DNA of 64,000 bases from assembly GCF_002113885.1 (NCBI RefSeq), contig NW_018404512.1, forward strand, positions 1,133,642 through 1,197,641, read 5' to 3'. This DNA comes from Mizuhopecten yessoensis (Eukaryota). The position numbers were made by a program, and so were the translations under genes. The notes under the pieces are model-generated. The model did no database searches, was not told the DNA's origin, and worked only from the letters and a program-made list of their open reading frames with translations. Shown in pieces: positions 52,801-64,000 of the stretch (its first letter is position 1; each line of letters opens with the position of its first letter).

Positions 52801-53592
52801 AGTATGCGTTGTGCTTCCAGTGTTGTTTTTCGGGTAAGTTGTAATCATATAATTTCTATGGTTATATAAAGTGATTTTTATTGTCTTTCAACTTCTTGAT
52901 TAATGTATGAGTGTCAGGGTGCGTTTTTTTGGTGTTTTTTAAGACTAAGGCGTACCATATGATTCCTTTGCAATATGTATATGTTTTCCTTTATTCCTAA
53001 TAACTCAAGTGATATGTATCAATAAGATTAGGTTGACGATGGCAATTATCAGTTTTATCAAAAAGGAATAAACCTGAAAAAAAAAGTAAATCAATTTACA
53101 AATGACCTTACTTTCAGGATTGCATTCGCCCTGTACATGAGGTGTAGGAGAGAAAAGGGTCTACCCGAATCCTGTCATGTGGGGAACGACGCAACAACGC
53201 ATCATTCCAGGGACATGAACAGTGCTTTCACCGAAAACTCTCACTACGAACAACTTCAGTCAAAAATCCAATCAGACGGCGAGTATCAAGATATAAACGG
53301 TTCTTTAGTAAATCACCACTCATGGACTAATCCAACGACTGTAGTTCACAACACGTATCAAATCTCTGAAAAACAAAGACAGGAGAACTGTATAGAAGGT
53401 CCGTATTATGTGCTGAATCCAAGTAAAGTGCAATCACACCAATCTCCCTACGAGGATTTGAAGTTGCAAACAAGCTCCAATCCGTACGACATTTTATCAC
53501 AAACTGCTGCTGATTCGAATAAAACGTCAAATGTGGCGTTAAAGGAAGCAGACGCCAACCCCTACACTGAAATACAACAGTGTACGGAATAG
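46817..53592 (+). CDS. Gene B: type I membrane receptor, D8C (uromodulin/GP2/OIT3-like) domain + mucin stalk + TM + Tyr-motif-rich tail; 386 aa
   Basis: Exons 46817-46871 (signal MALIPVMLFLCYVNCVTT), 50461-50667, 51118-51282, 51886-52050, 52740-52833, 53118-53592; GT-AG, phases 1,1,1,1,2; 1161 nt open. D8C motifs DPC, CD..WYRF.G.AG, CGT.YPLWMDG, RKVC, IQVKNC, YYL..C.SYC. Confidence 0.9.
47290..49900. repeat. 75-bp (3 x 25-bp) satellite, ~34 copies, in intron 1 of gene B
   Basis: Unit gaccatatatgttatagttgagggg-gaccatgtatgttacagatgtggtt-gactgggtatgttatagatatgggt; apparently identical copies ~47490-49010. Confidence 0.97.
50461..51282 (+). CDS. Gene B D8C-domain exons (50461-50667, 51118-51282)
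   Basis: Match ORFs 50490-50750 and 51066-51311 between splice sites. Confidence 0.9.
53118..53592 (+). CDS. Gene B terminal exon: end of TM and cytoplasmic tail with multiple YxxL/I motifs
   Basis: ORF 53137-53592 contains YEQL, YQDI, YYVL, YEDL, YDIL, YTEI. Confidence 0.9.
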
Positions 53593-54538
53593 CCGAATTT
53601 AATCTGCGTACGCAGGAAACACATCAAAAATCTCCAACTCAGATAATTTCTATTCTGTTTCTTGTAAAATAGAAAAAGTGCACTTGATTCGCGATAACCC
53701 ATAATGAATGAATGAACTATATGAAAATGTAAAAAGACCATCTTGGTTGAATTGCACACTTAAGGATAATAATTATAAACGTTTCAGTGCCTGATTTCAT
53801 CATAGTTGGTAAATTGTCTAATATAGGATATACGATCACTGACTCTGTCTGTTATAAAAATGATTTCTCATTCATGTTTGGTAAGATGTTTTACACCATC
53901 AGCCATAAAACATTGCTACAAAAGCATACAAATTATAACAAAAGGATGGTAATGTGCGATTTACGGGATCTAATGAATTGTGTAACTGGCTTTCGTACAA
54001 AGGAGAAATAGACCTAGCCTGATGTCCAGTCCCCTTCTTTGGCTGTAACCCTGTTGCAGCTGAAATATGTTCTTGACAATTTGTCACGTGATTAAGGTTT
54101 TTACAGGCACATTTGTTTTCTTGACCTCCAGTTGATTAAAGCTTACTGAGCTGTATCGTATGTTAAGTTGTTTTTTCATTAATTTATTTGAATGTTGATA
54201 CGATTTATATCAGCAATTCTATTATGCATATGTATTCTGTAAATAGTTTTTGGGAGTGATTATTTTTATTTCACTACTGAAATTATACCTTAACAAATTA
54301 AGACATACACAGAAACTTTTGAAAAAATAAAAGAGACAATGTGTTCGGGAAGTGTATTCGTCTTGTGCTTAATTGACAACACTCGGCTTGTCAATATGGG
54401 TCGAATCCATGTAAGTTTTTAAATTGAGATCCGGAGTAGTTAAAACGAAACCAATAATGAGCATAATAAAAAATCGCGATATTCAAATCTCATATGAAAT
54501 AGAACATTTCCCTGAGATCATAGCGACCATAAAACCTA

Positions 54539-55132
54539 CCGTCAATGTACCCAAAACGGGACACTTGTAGGAAAACGGCCATTCAATGCAAAGAAGTACT
54601 TTTATGTATACAGTTTTCGTTTGATAATACTTTTCTGACAATTAAACTGTAATAAGCTTAATAGGCCGCTGAATACCGTTACTTGGACAATTTAAAGGTA
54701 AGAATAATAACCAAAACAAGACTTTCCTTATTTACGTGCCGTGCGACGCTAATTAATTGGATATCATTTTCAAAAGTCTATTTTATCAAAACTAATGCGA
54801 GTTTTGAGAAATCAGAACCTGTGTTGACTCTAGCATGTTTCAAATATGCATATTTTCTGCCGATATTGATCATTTATCCCCAATTATTCGATAAAATACA
54901 GGAAGTGTCCCTTTCACGGTACAGTAACACCGGTTCAAGGGCCTACGTAACTCTGATGGTATTTCGCGTTCTTTTTATAGACCCACGCGCCCGAAATTAC
55001 AAATTGTGATAGAAATGAACATTGGATAGGATCTATTTATGAAAAATGAACAAACATTTTCTGAACTGAAATTATGGTGAAAAGAACATTAATATTTATC
55101 TAAAAAGTGTCCCGATTTGGGTACAGTGACGT
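54539..55132. mobile_element. MITE with ~28-bp TIRs and TA target duplication (Tc1/mariner-pogo type)
   Basis: Left TA-ccgtcaatgtacccaaaacgggacactt; right aagtgtcccgatttgggtacagtgacgt-TA; no transposase ORF. Confidence 0.85.
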
Positions 55133-55512
55133 TATCCAAACTCTTCGCCACCCTGCACCTCTAGGAATTTATATATATTTTACCCTTGTTTGTACGATAT
55201 ATCATTGCTAGGCCTTATCAATAGCTATAATTAGTATTTGAGTCAAATATGCATAGCATTCCTGACGTGTTGTTTTAAATAGACATAAACAAGTTAAACA
55301 TACCTGGTTAAATTGGTACAAAAAGTGTTATATAATCCAATAGGGAATAAAAAAAATATGAAAAAAAAATATGAAAAACACTAGTTAAACGGGTTAGCCG
55401 AATATGTTTGGTGAGGTGAGATTTTTACTGCCAAAACTGTAATTTATCTGTTCGAAACTGTTTTTCGAAAAAAAAGAGTTAAACAACACTGTTTTGATTA
55501 TACAATTTTAGT

Positions 55513-55585
55513 GGGGCCAGTCTGGAATTCGATCCTTTGGCATTTGATTGTATATTATCACTCTAACCAGTTAAACTACCGGGTC
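55513..55585 (-). mobile_element. Degenerate tRNA-like SINE head
   Basis: Minus strand reads cccggtagtttaactggttagagtg...ggatcgaattccagactggccc (A- and B-box-like). Confidence 0.5.
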
Positions 55586-55586
55586 A

Positions 55587-55761
55587 ACGGATGTGTCCTG
55601 GCCAAACTTTTATTACAGATATAGCCAGACGGATGTGTCCTGGCCAAACGTTTTATTACAGATATAGCCAGACGGATGTGTCCTGACCAAACATTTTATT
55701 ACAGATATAGCCAGACGGATGTGTCCTGACCAAACGTTTTATTACAGATATAGCCAGACGG
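55587..55761. repeat. 43-bp tandem repeat, 4 copies
   Basis: acggatgtgtcctg.ccaaac.ttttattacagatatagccag at 55587, 55629, 55672, 55715. Confidence 0.9.
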
Positions 55762-56679
55762 GAGTTAAGGGAGACACATTGTAACAACAACAGTGCAGTG
55801 GGACATGTGCCCTTAAGTCAGATTTTTAATTGAAATACAGACAAGTTGTCAACAAGTCAGATGTGATATATTCTCATTAAATAGGCGAGATATTGCCACT
55901 TTTTCGATAATTTCTGATTCATTTTTTTTTTAAATCGATATGATCTTGTCAATATGTACTTACGGGAAAATGCAATTTCAATTATGGTCATAATCTTGTT
56001 AATCCATAGACCAAGTTGATTAAAATATTACACAGATTTACGCCATTCTGCTGTGAGTATAAGACTCTTTCATATGTACCGGAGGTGGATAGAGAGTTCC
56101 TTCCGAGGGGATCATAAATTGGAGTAAAACCTGAGGCTTTGCCGAGGGTTTTACATTGTACCCCAATTATGATCCCCGGGCGGTTTAAAAACAAAAATAG
56201 CAGTAGAAATGAATTTCCCATACTCCAAACAGCAATTTCACTGCATACATCTCATTTAGTGCGCAGAGAAATATAGTTCCTAGTTGAAAATAGAAAACGA
56301 ATTGCGTTTTTGTTTTCAAATTCTTAATTCATGACTGATCTTGTAATTAATTAAAAAATATAAATGAAATTATAGATACCATTGATAAATACAAAGCCGG
56401 GCGAATATTGCATGTCCACCGAAGTTGTTCCCCTTAGTTTTTGTTATTGCTTTGCAATGTGATTAACCCATGTAAGATAGACTCAGCAAGCATGGTTATC
56501 CTGTATGACCAGCGTTATCTTATGAGAGAATAATGTATACTATAAACCTCGGTAGACCGTAGCATCGTGCAACGTGTAACGCTGTATGTTTTTCAATTTG
56601 CTTATAAAAGCATACGAATCTCCTCTCCATTTTCATATCATAAAGTTATAACGCGAACAAGACATAACAGGCATTTACA

Positions 56680-57390
56680 TAAGACAGGGTTGTACCATAC
56701 GAGTGGTTAAATAAAGAAAATGTTCCGGTATTTGTAGTCAGGCAGCTGATGGTATAGGATGCGAGTGTGATTAAACAAAAAGGGTTGCTAATATATTAAC
56801 ATTATATAGGGTCTGTTCTGGGATACGAGAGTTGTCAGATAAAAGGCGTGTTTTAAGATATTGACGTTGTTTAAGGTATGGTCTGGTATACGAGAGTGTT
56901 TAGAGAAAGGGAGATATTAGGATATTAACATTATATCGGGTATGGAAAAGGGTACGAGCGTGATTAGACAAAGGAAAAAAATAAGTTATTGACTTTACGT
57001 AGGGTATGGTCTGCGATACGGGAGTTGTCAGACAAAGTAATGTATGGGGATATTAACATCCTGTAGGGTATGGTCTGGGATACGTGAGTTGTCAGACAAA
57101 GTAATGTTTTGGGATATTAACATCCTGTAGGGTATGGTCGTGGATACGAGAGTGTTTAGAGGAAGGAATGTAATAAAATATTAGCATTATATAGGGTTTG
57201 GTCTGGGATATAAGAGTTGTAAGACAAAAGGAATAAGATATTAACGTTATGTAGGGTATTGTTAAGATTTGGATAAGATAAAGAAAACGTGAGAGCTTAA
57301 ACAGCCTTTAAAAGATAAAATATTGTATGAAATACGAGAGAGGTTGAACAACAACATATACTAGATATAAGGGTATGTTATGTGATGAGA
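56680..57390. repeat. Degenerate ~62-bp tandem repeat, ~11 copies
   Basis: tattaacattatatagggtatggtctgggatacgagagttgtcagacaaag recurs. Confidence 0.8.
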
Positions 57391-58581
57391 TATGTATTCA
57401 GAAAAGTGATATTGCACTGCATGGCGGAGTAACCCTATACCTATAGCACCGTACACAGTTGATGCCACCTGTGTATTCGCCTTATGAATCTATATTTACA
57501 TTTCTATATGAAACTTCCTTCCTTGAATTTTCACGTAATTTCATAAAGCAGCAGCGTATTAAGCATAAGTACAGTTAAAACAAAGTGTACATTTAATGTA
57601 TCGATAACCGACACGCACATGCTACTTTGTATTAATCTAGAATAACTTGATTCTGGTTTTTTCACTTCTCAATTTAAATAAGTATGTTCAACTTTTCGTA
57701 TAATGAAACTTATTATGAAAGAAAGATCTAAAGGAACAAATCCGTGCATCAATTATTACTCATTTTCATTACTCATTTGTCATTTTCCTGTTATAGTACA
57801 CCTTCAATTGATTTAATTAATTAAAACGGACAGGGTACGGACGCATACATTCAGGGTACTGATCACATATAACAATTGATGAAACAAAATGTTAACAATA
57901 GAACATATGTATACAGTGTGCCCGGTCTTTGTAACGACTGGCATGCATTACATAAACTGTATGTAGTAAAGTTATCAAACGAAAGACAAAATATATTTTA
58001 AATAATAAAAGTAGCGTAGCCGTGGTAAAGTTTATCATTTAGTAGCACCAATATAGGGAGCATATGTGTGTAGGTCATTTATCTTTTTGGATCTACGTTA
58101 ACAATGTCTACCCCTTTACCCAATCACGTGACCAGGAACAAGTGGTAATATCTAGTGTTCATATTTTCGACCGAGCAGGTGAGATAGAAAATAATCTATA
58201 CCAAACGGTTTTTACGCCAGAACAATGTCAAATGCAATAACAAATCACAACGATGGGAGCTAAAGAACAAATGGAGCGCACCCCATTGATTCACCATAAT
58301 GTCTTACATTTGCATGTGAAGAATGTTCATGAAAATTACAAGTGCGTGCCATTATCGACTGTTTACAGACACTGCTATTATAAAGGCCATGTTTAGAAGG
58401 CAGTATCAATTGTGCATTCATGTTACACCCCGGAATGTCAAAACCAATGGGTGTATTGACAGCAAATTGGTAGGATTCCAAATCAGACGTAAACCAAATG
58501 AGTAACAGATAGGTTTTAAATCTCACATAGACATGTAGTCGTGTAGACGTGTACGTGGATATTTAAACAAACGAGGAAGGC

Positions 58582-60863
58582 ATGGCAGTATTGATTCCTG
58601 TACTTACCCTTTGCCTTGTCATCGCTGGTAGTGTGGCAACAGGTAAGATCTACTTTTCTTCAAAGTATGATGACAAAGATACGCCGTCTAGATAATTCCA
58701 AGTACAGGTAAATCACCTCAAGTCATTATACATGTAGTAGTCAGTATACACCTATACTTATTTATCATTGGTGATGCTTATACTTTTCAGTGCAACATAT
58801 AAACTACCATTGGTTTTACTAGCTATATCTTCATTTCAATGGAGATCTGTAAACAGTAACCATAGATTTTATTTGCATGATTTAATATATCTTGTAACTG
58901 TGACCAATCAGAACGGTAATCTCTATCAATTGCTTTCCTAACCTTAATGTTTGCAGTTTTACTTGGATATCACATGTACTTGGTTGTTCTGGTACACATT
59001 TGTTCTATTCATTACTATAGCTTATTTAATAAGACATTTGATAACAGTATCGATAATCTGAACAGTTAATAGCAGAAATAGGTAGAATTAATTTGAAAAC
59101 ACTTCAAAATGGTACCATCCGCGTTTCACGGCGCAATTTCAAGAACTTGGTGTTTAATATTCCGCTACTTATTTCCGCACTTTTTAAACACTTTCACTTT
59201 TTGTCGTTGTCCTTCAAAATACAATTAATAAAAAAAAATTAAAAAAAAAAAATCTCGTTCTATTCATACTGCATACCTATGGCAAAATATACTTATATTT
59301 AAACCTTGCTTCGGACTTGTCAAAAAATCGAAATTCTACCATACTCGTTAAGTGTATATAGTATCCAACAGAATACCATTTAATATCTTATATAAATTAT
59401 TTATAATATTCGTCTAATGATTTGATGCTTCCGTATCTAGTCTAAAAAAGAGTTATGGTCATAATGAAATCCTATTTGAAAAAATATGCATTGGAATTAT
59501 TATTTTTAGTTAAACCCTGGATGATGATATCAAAAGGTGTTGCATGCGTGCAAAACGATATGAAAGAACATATGTATATTTTCTTATAAAAAATAACCTA
59601 GAATTATTCCATAACAAAAATATTTATATTTATCCTAGATCCCTGTTTGACATACGAAGATTTCACAGCCGACTCAACACGATCGCCTAGCTACGTAGAA
59701 TCTGTGTACGACAACAAGAATTGTGACGTAACCCTCACTGAGAAATGGTACAGATTGGTAGGGGACGCGGGGACTGACCTGACTAATGACAGTAGTGTTT
59801 TAGTTTCTGGTGGATGTGGAACATCATATCAGCTCTGGATGAATGGTGAGTAATCTTCACAGATAAAACTTCAAATTATTGAATTTACAATAGAAGAAAA
59901 AACTTAAAACACTAATGCATATCACCAGACATATAGAACCAGATTGATAGAACCACAGTAGTACTACCAGATCCAAAACTTTTTGTGAAGTTGAATAGAC
60001 AGCCAAATAGAGATCTACGGAGCACAAATCAGGTAGAGATCGCTGCTTAAAACCTTCAAATTATGATTTTTGATTCATATATATATATATTTACAAACCA
60101 TCTACACATTATCTTTTCCACAATTGTACCTTGTTGATCAACCATGAAGCATCGTCCTGATCAACTTTTGCGAGGTACAAACGTTGATTAATTCTATACC
60201 CAAAAATGTGGCATACAAAGTTTATCTTATAAAAGTCCCCAATAATACACATTTGAAAATCAAAATTTACAATGCAAAAGTGTAGTACAGTACACTTGTT
60301 TAAGTATCAAAAGTGTAACATATGAATGTGTCCCATAGACAATGTTTGAACAGAAAAGTATTAGAAAGTGTCCGGCCGACATCGGCCATCGAAGTAAAAT
60401 GCTTTATGTATATTATAAATTTGCGTTAATCATCCACAGGTTATACAGGAAGTGTGCGTATTTTTTCGGAAATTTATTGCATGAACAAATAGCTTTATGT
60501 TTTTTCTTTCTAAACGTTTTACATACGATATGCAAGATATCGTTAGATTTTAATGATCTCGTTATTTGTTTAACATTAATAAATTGCCGGGTTTTTTCAT
60601 TATAAAAATCGAACATGGAATGTGTTATCTATACAACTACATGTATGTTACGTAATGCACATGTACCCTTCGTTCCTTTACAGGCTCTGTACCAGATGTT
60701 TCAGATGAAGTTGTGGATAGACAAATATGCATGAGGTCACCCTTCTCAATCTGCCACAGTTCTTTCACCGTCCAAGTGAAAAATTGTTGCTCTTTTCGGG
60801 TTTATCATCTCAAGAGTGCAACTAATTGTCCACAATCCTACTGCGTCAGTGAGTTACTTCAAT

Positions 60864-60898
<35 letters not shown>

Positions 60899-63012
60899 TA
60901 GCATGGTAATTTAATCCTTTAATGACTTAAAGTGTTATGCTAGAATATACTATACGCTAGGATCATGTCAACACATTTAACCAGAAATTTGAAAATAACT
61001 CAGTTAAGGATTTAAACTATAATGTATGATTTGTCATCATTATAAAACTGAATATAATGACACATAAACATATATCTTGACGAGACTCTATAATTGTTTA
61101 GGTCCCAGTTCTGTTCCTTCGGTCGGCTGCCCTACCACTACGAGTACCACGGCTGGAACAACAACTACAGCTGAGGATACTACTACCAGTGTTTCTACCA
61201 CGACAGCAACCACCACACAAACAGCTGCGGCCAAAACAATAAACGGTTAGTAAGAGTTTGTTATTGTAACTAAATTGTGTCTTGCGTTTTTGTACCAAAA
61301 TATATTCCTTTAATTCCCTTCCCCCACTTCTGTTCAGCAGGAGTTTAGTTATATTGGATTTTCTTTGATTAACATAAGAAACTTTGCAATATTTGTTTTT
61401 AAATTTACTTGTGGAGTTACTACTCATTTCATATGTCCCCTGTACAATTGAAGACAAAATGAGCTGCAATTTAATGTTGGTTATTACTGTACGCCACAGG
61501 CTGTCGCTAGGCTACCTTCACAATTTCAGCAGTGTCGTCAATATAGTGTTGCATAAGAAAGAGAGAACTAAAACACTAGCTATGGACCATAAAAACAAAA
61601 ATGTAGTTTCATTGTTATACGCCTTCAGTTAGAAGAATACACTTCCATCTAAGTGTTGTGCCTTTAGTGGTATGTGCTTTCTGTGTTATATACTTGCATT
61701 GTTAGAATAATGAACTGTCTTGAGTGTTCTTTGCTGTCCATTTAAACAGATTGAACAATTTTAGTGTTTTGTGTTGTCCGTGTAAACAGATTGAACAATT
61801 TTAGTGTTTTGTGTTGTCCGTGTAAACAGATCGAACAATTTTAGTGTTTTGTGTTGTCCGTGTAAACAGATTGAACAATTTAAGTGTTTTGTGTTGTCCA
61901 TTTAAACAGATTGAACAATTTTAGTGTTTTGTGTTGTCCTTGTAAACAGATTCAACAATTTTAGTGTTTTGTGCTGTCCATGTAAACAGATTCAACAATT
62001 TTAGTGTTTTGTGTTGTCCATGTAAACAGATTCAACAATTTTAGTGTTTTGTGTTGTCCGTGTAAACAGATTCAACAATTTTAGTGTTTTGTGTTGCCCG
62101 TGTAAACAGATTCAACAATTTTCGTGTTTTGTGTTGTCCATGTAAACAGATTGAACAATTTTCGTGTTTTGTGTTGTCCGTGTAAACAGATTGAACAATT
62201 TTAGTGTTTTGTGTTGTCCGTGTAAACAGATCGAGCAATTTTAGTGTTTTGTGCTGTCCGTGCAAGCATTTTAACAACGTCATTGTTTTGCGCTGTCCGT
62301 GCTAACAGATTGAACAACCTTCAGTGTTAACTGTTTGAACGGCCCTCAATGCTCGCTTAATTACCATTGGTTTCACACTTTATGGGCAGAACTATTTTTC
62401 TAACTTGTATTTACATTTCTCTTCAGGCGACAAGCATGTGACGATAGTGAACACCGTTAGCACTGAGATCATCATAACTGTAGTTGTCCTGTTAGTGGTC
62501 ATCACAGTGATACTCATAGGGTAAGATATGCTTTAATCATAATTTTCCAAATTATGGCTCAGTAGGTTTTCTTTTTCTCCTTGGAAACGTGCTATATATA
62601 TTGACAGAGATATGCTTACCATCATTGATTGGCAAGAACAAAACAGTTATTTTATCATAATTATTATTAACGACAAAAAGAATTTCGGTATAAATAAATG
62701 TATCAGTACTAGAAAGAAACAGCCGTTAAAATGTCATCTGCAGGCTTATTATATAGGAGCATTCCTAGAAACGTGTCTTGACAACAATAAATGACTGTTT
62801 GGCCCATACTTATGGTTACCATCATTCTTTGCAGAACTGCCATATGTAAATATAACAAGTGCAGCAAAGTGGACGCCGAGAGACGGTTGGCAAATAGTAA
62901 TCCTGTTCAGTTCTTTCCACAAAATGGCTACATGGAAATCTGCGACCAGGCTCAAGTGGTGGAGAAGGGCGGGTTCAATAACAGTGCGCCTGCCAACACC
63001 CGCCACATGTAG
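58582..63012 (+). CDS. Gene C: type I membrane receptor, D8C domain + mucin stalk + TM + short tail; 282 aa
   Basis: Exons 58582-58642 (signal MAVLIPVLTLCLVIAGSVAT), 59639-59845, 60684-60848, 61102-61245, 62427-62520, 62835-63012; 849 nt open; the D8C and TM exon sizes (207, 165, 94) and all phases are identical to gene B. Confidence 0.9.
59639..60848 (+). CDS. Gene C D8C-domain exons (59639-59845, 60684-60848)
   Basis: DPCLTYEDF...CDVTLTEKWYRLVGDAG...CGTSYQLWMNG|SVPDVSDEVVDRQIC...VQVKNCCSFRVYHL...CPQSYCV. Confidence 0.9.
61735..62340. repeat. 40-bp minisatellite, ~15 copies, in intron 4 of gene C
   Basis: tgtaaacagattgaacaattttagtgttttgtgttgtccg in tandem. Confidence 0.95.
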
Positions 63013-64000
63013 TACTACAAATATATCATGGCAGCAAAGATGCACTCTCTTTCTAGAGGAGTACATACATGTATCAAACAAGTGTCATGAGAAGTGTCAC
63101 AAACATGTTTTGTGTATATAATTTGTCGTTCCATAAATCATTGCTTTGAAAATTGTTCTGTTTAAAACCAATTTTGTACAGTACATGTATGTTATTAGAA
63201 ATTACTTTTTGAGGAGGATGATTATAATTTACATATCCTTACTTAAATATATTAAAATACAAGTATTAACAACGTTATGGTCAGATGACTTCCCACTGAT
63301 ATAAATGTAAACATCTGAAAGATAATGTTTAATCTGACATAAGGCTAAATGCATCAGAATTTTTGTTTTGTTGATTCTTAATTTGACCAACTTTACAACT
63401 AGTGTATTTCGTTTGTTTCCTCAGTAGAAGGCTATACCGCTACACCAAATAAATGTTTAGTATAAGGTTTTGTAACCATTTCATTTTTTTTATTAAAGTT
63501 TAATCAAGTTTACTACATGTATCCATTGGATTCTTAATTTGACATCGAAACAGTATTACATTCCTCGAAAAGGTTTTACCGAATTCTGAGAGGGACCATA
63601 AATTGATGATCTTCATTGATAATCTCGTTTCGACGTTGCGGCGTTGTCGTTGTCAATTCTCGCCTTTATATCTGATTTTGATTTTATAAGGTTGATACTT
63701 ACCAATAACAGCATTTCCATGTTTAAAATGCAAGATGTATTCATATTTAGTATGCGGAAAATGCGACGTGCCTTACTGTAACGGAACATTAACGATCATG
63801 AAATTACAGTTAATCATTATTATAAAGATTGAAAGTGAAAGCGCTCATTTTCAGCCCACGAGAGGAATGTTATATTATGAAAGTGTCAAATATGTCTTTT
63901 ATTTCATTTTCTGGAGGATAAAGATATGCATGGTTTTTTTTCTCGATATTAAAGGATTAAACGTCATTAATAACACCATAAAACGTAATAAAGGTTAACT

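Noticed and set aside
58115-58185. CCAAT/E-box and a donor-like site as promoter or 5' UTR exon of gene C
   Set aside because: Short motifs expected by chance; needs transcript data.
62924-63121. Alternative-frame extension of the gene C tail (contains EEYIHV)
   Set aside because: The spliced frame closes at TAG 63012; no evidence of a frameshift or extra splice.

Overview
AT-rich, intron- and repeat-rich animal DNA, most likely a bivalve mollusc (inferred from composition, repeat types and gene families; no prokaryotic features). Splicing by hand on GT-AG junctions gives four things. (1) 102-13008 (+): the last 14 exons (~802 aa) of a membrane-anchored VWD/EGF (VWDE-like) protein. (2) ~15.3-18.7 kb (-): a heavily decayed coding remnant, possibly glycosyltransferase family 92-like. 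(3) 26.0-30.2 kb: a decayed tyrosine-recombinase retrotransposon (DIRS order, Ngaro/PAT-like) bracketed by a ~490-bp direct duplication. (4) 31.7-63.0 kb (+): a tandem cluster of genes with the architecture signal peptide - uromodulin/GP2/OIT3-type D8C domain - Thr-rich mucin stalk - TM - cytoplasmic tail. Two copies are intact. Gene B (386 aa) has a long tail with six YxxL/I motifs, including a canonically spaced ITAM. Gene C (282 aa) has a short tail with one motif. A third copy is a pseudogene broken by frameshifts, an exonic SINE and a stop before the TM, and it also carries a duplicated exon from gene B. This receptor cluster is the best candidate for an undescribed system, a possible invertebrate immune/adhesin receptor family under birth-and-death evolution; that function is inference. 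Also present: LINE fragments, SINEs, a TA-flanked MITE, many minisatellites (one with higher-order structure), and a strong excess of TACATGTA, which paralog comparisons show arises as a CATGTA insertion at TA (Tc1/mariner-type excision footprint).
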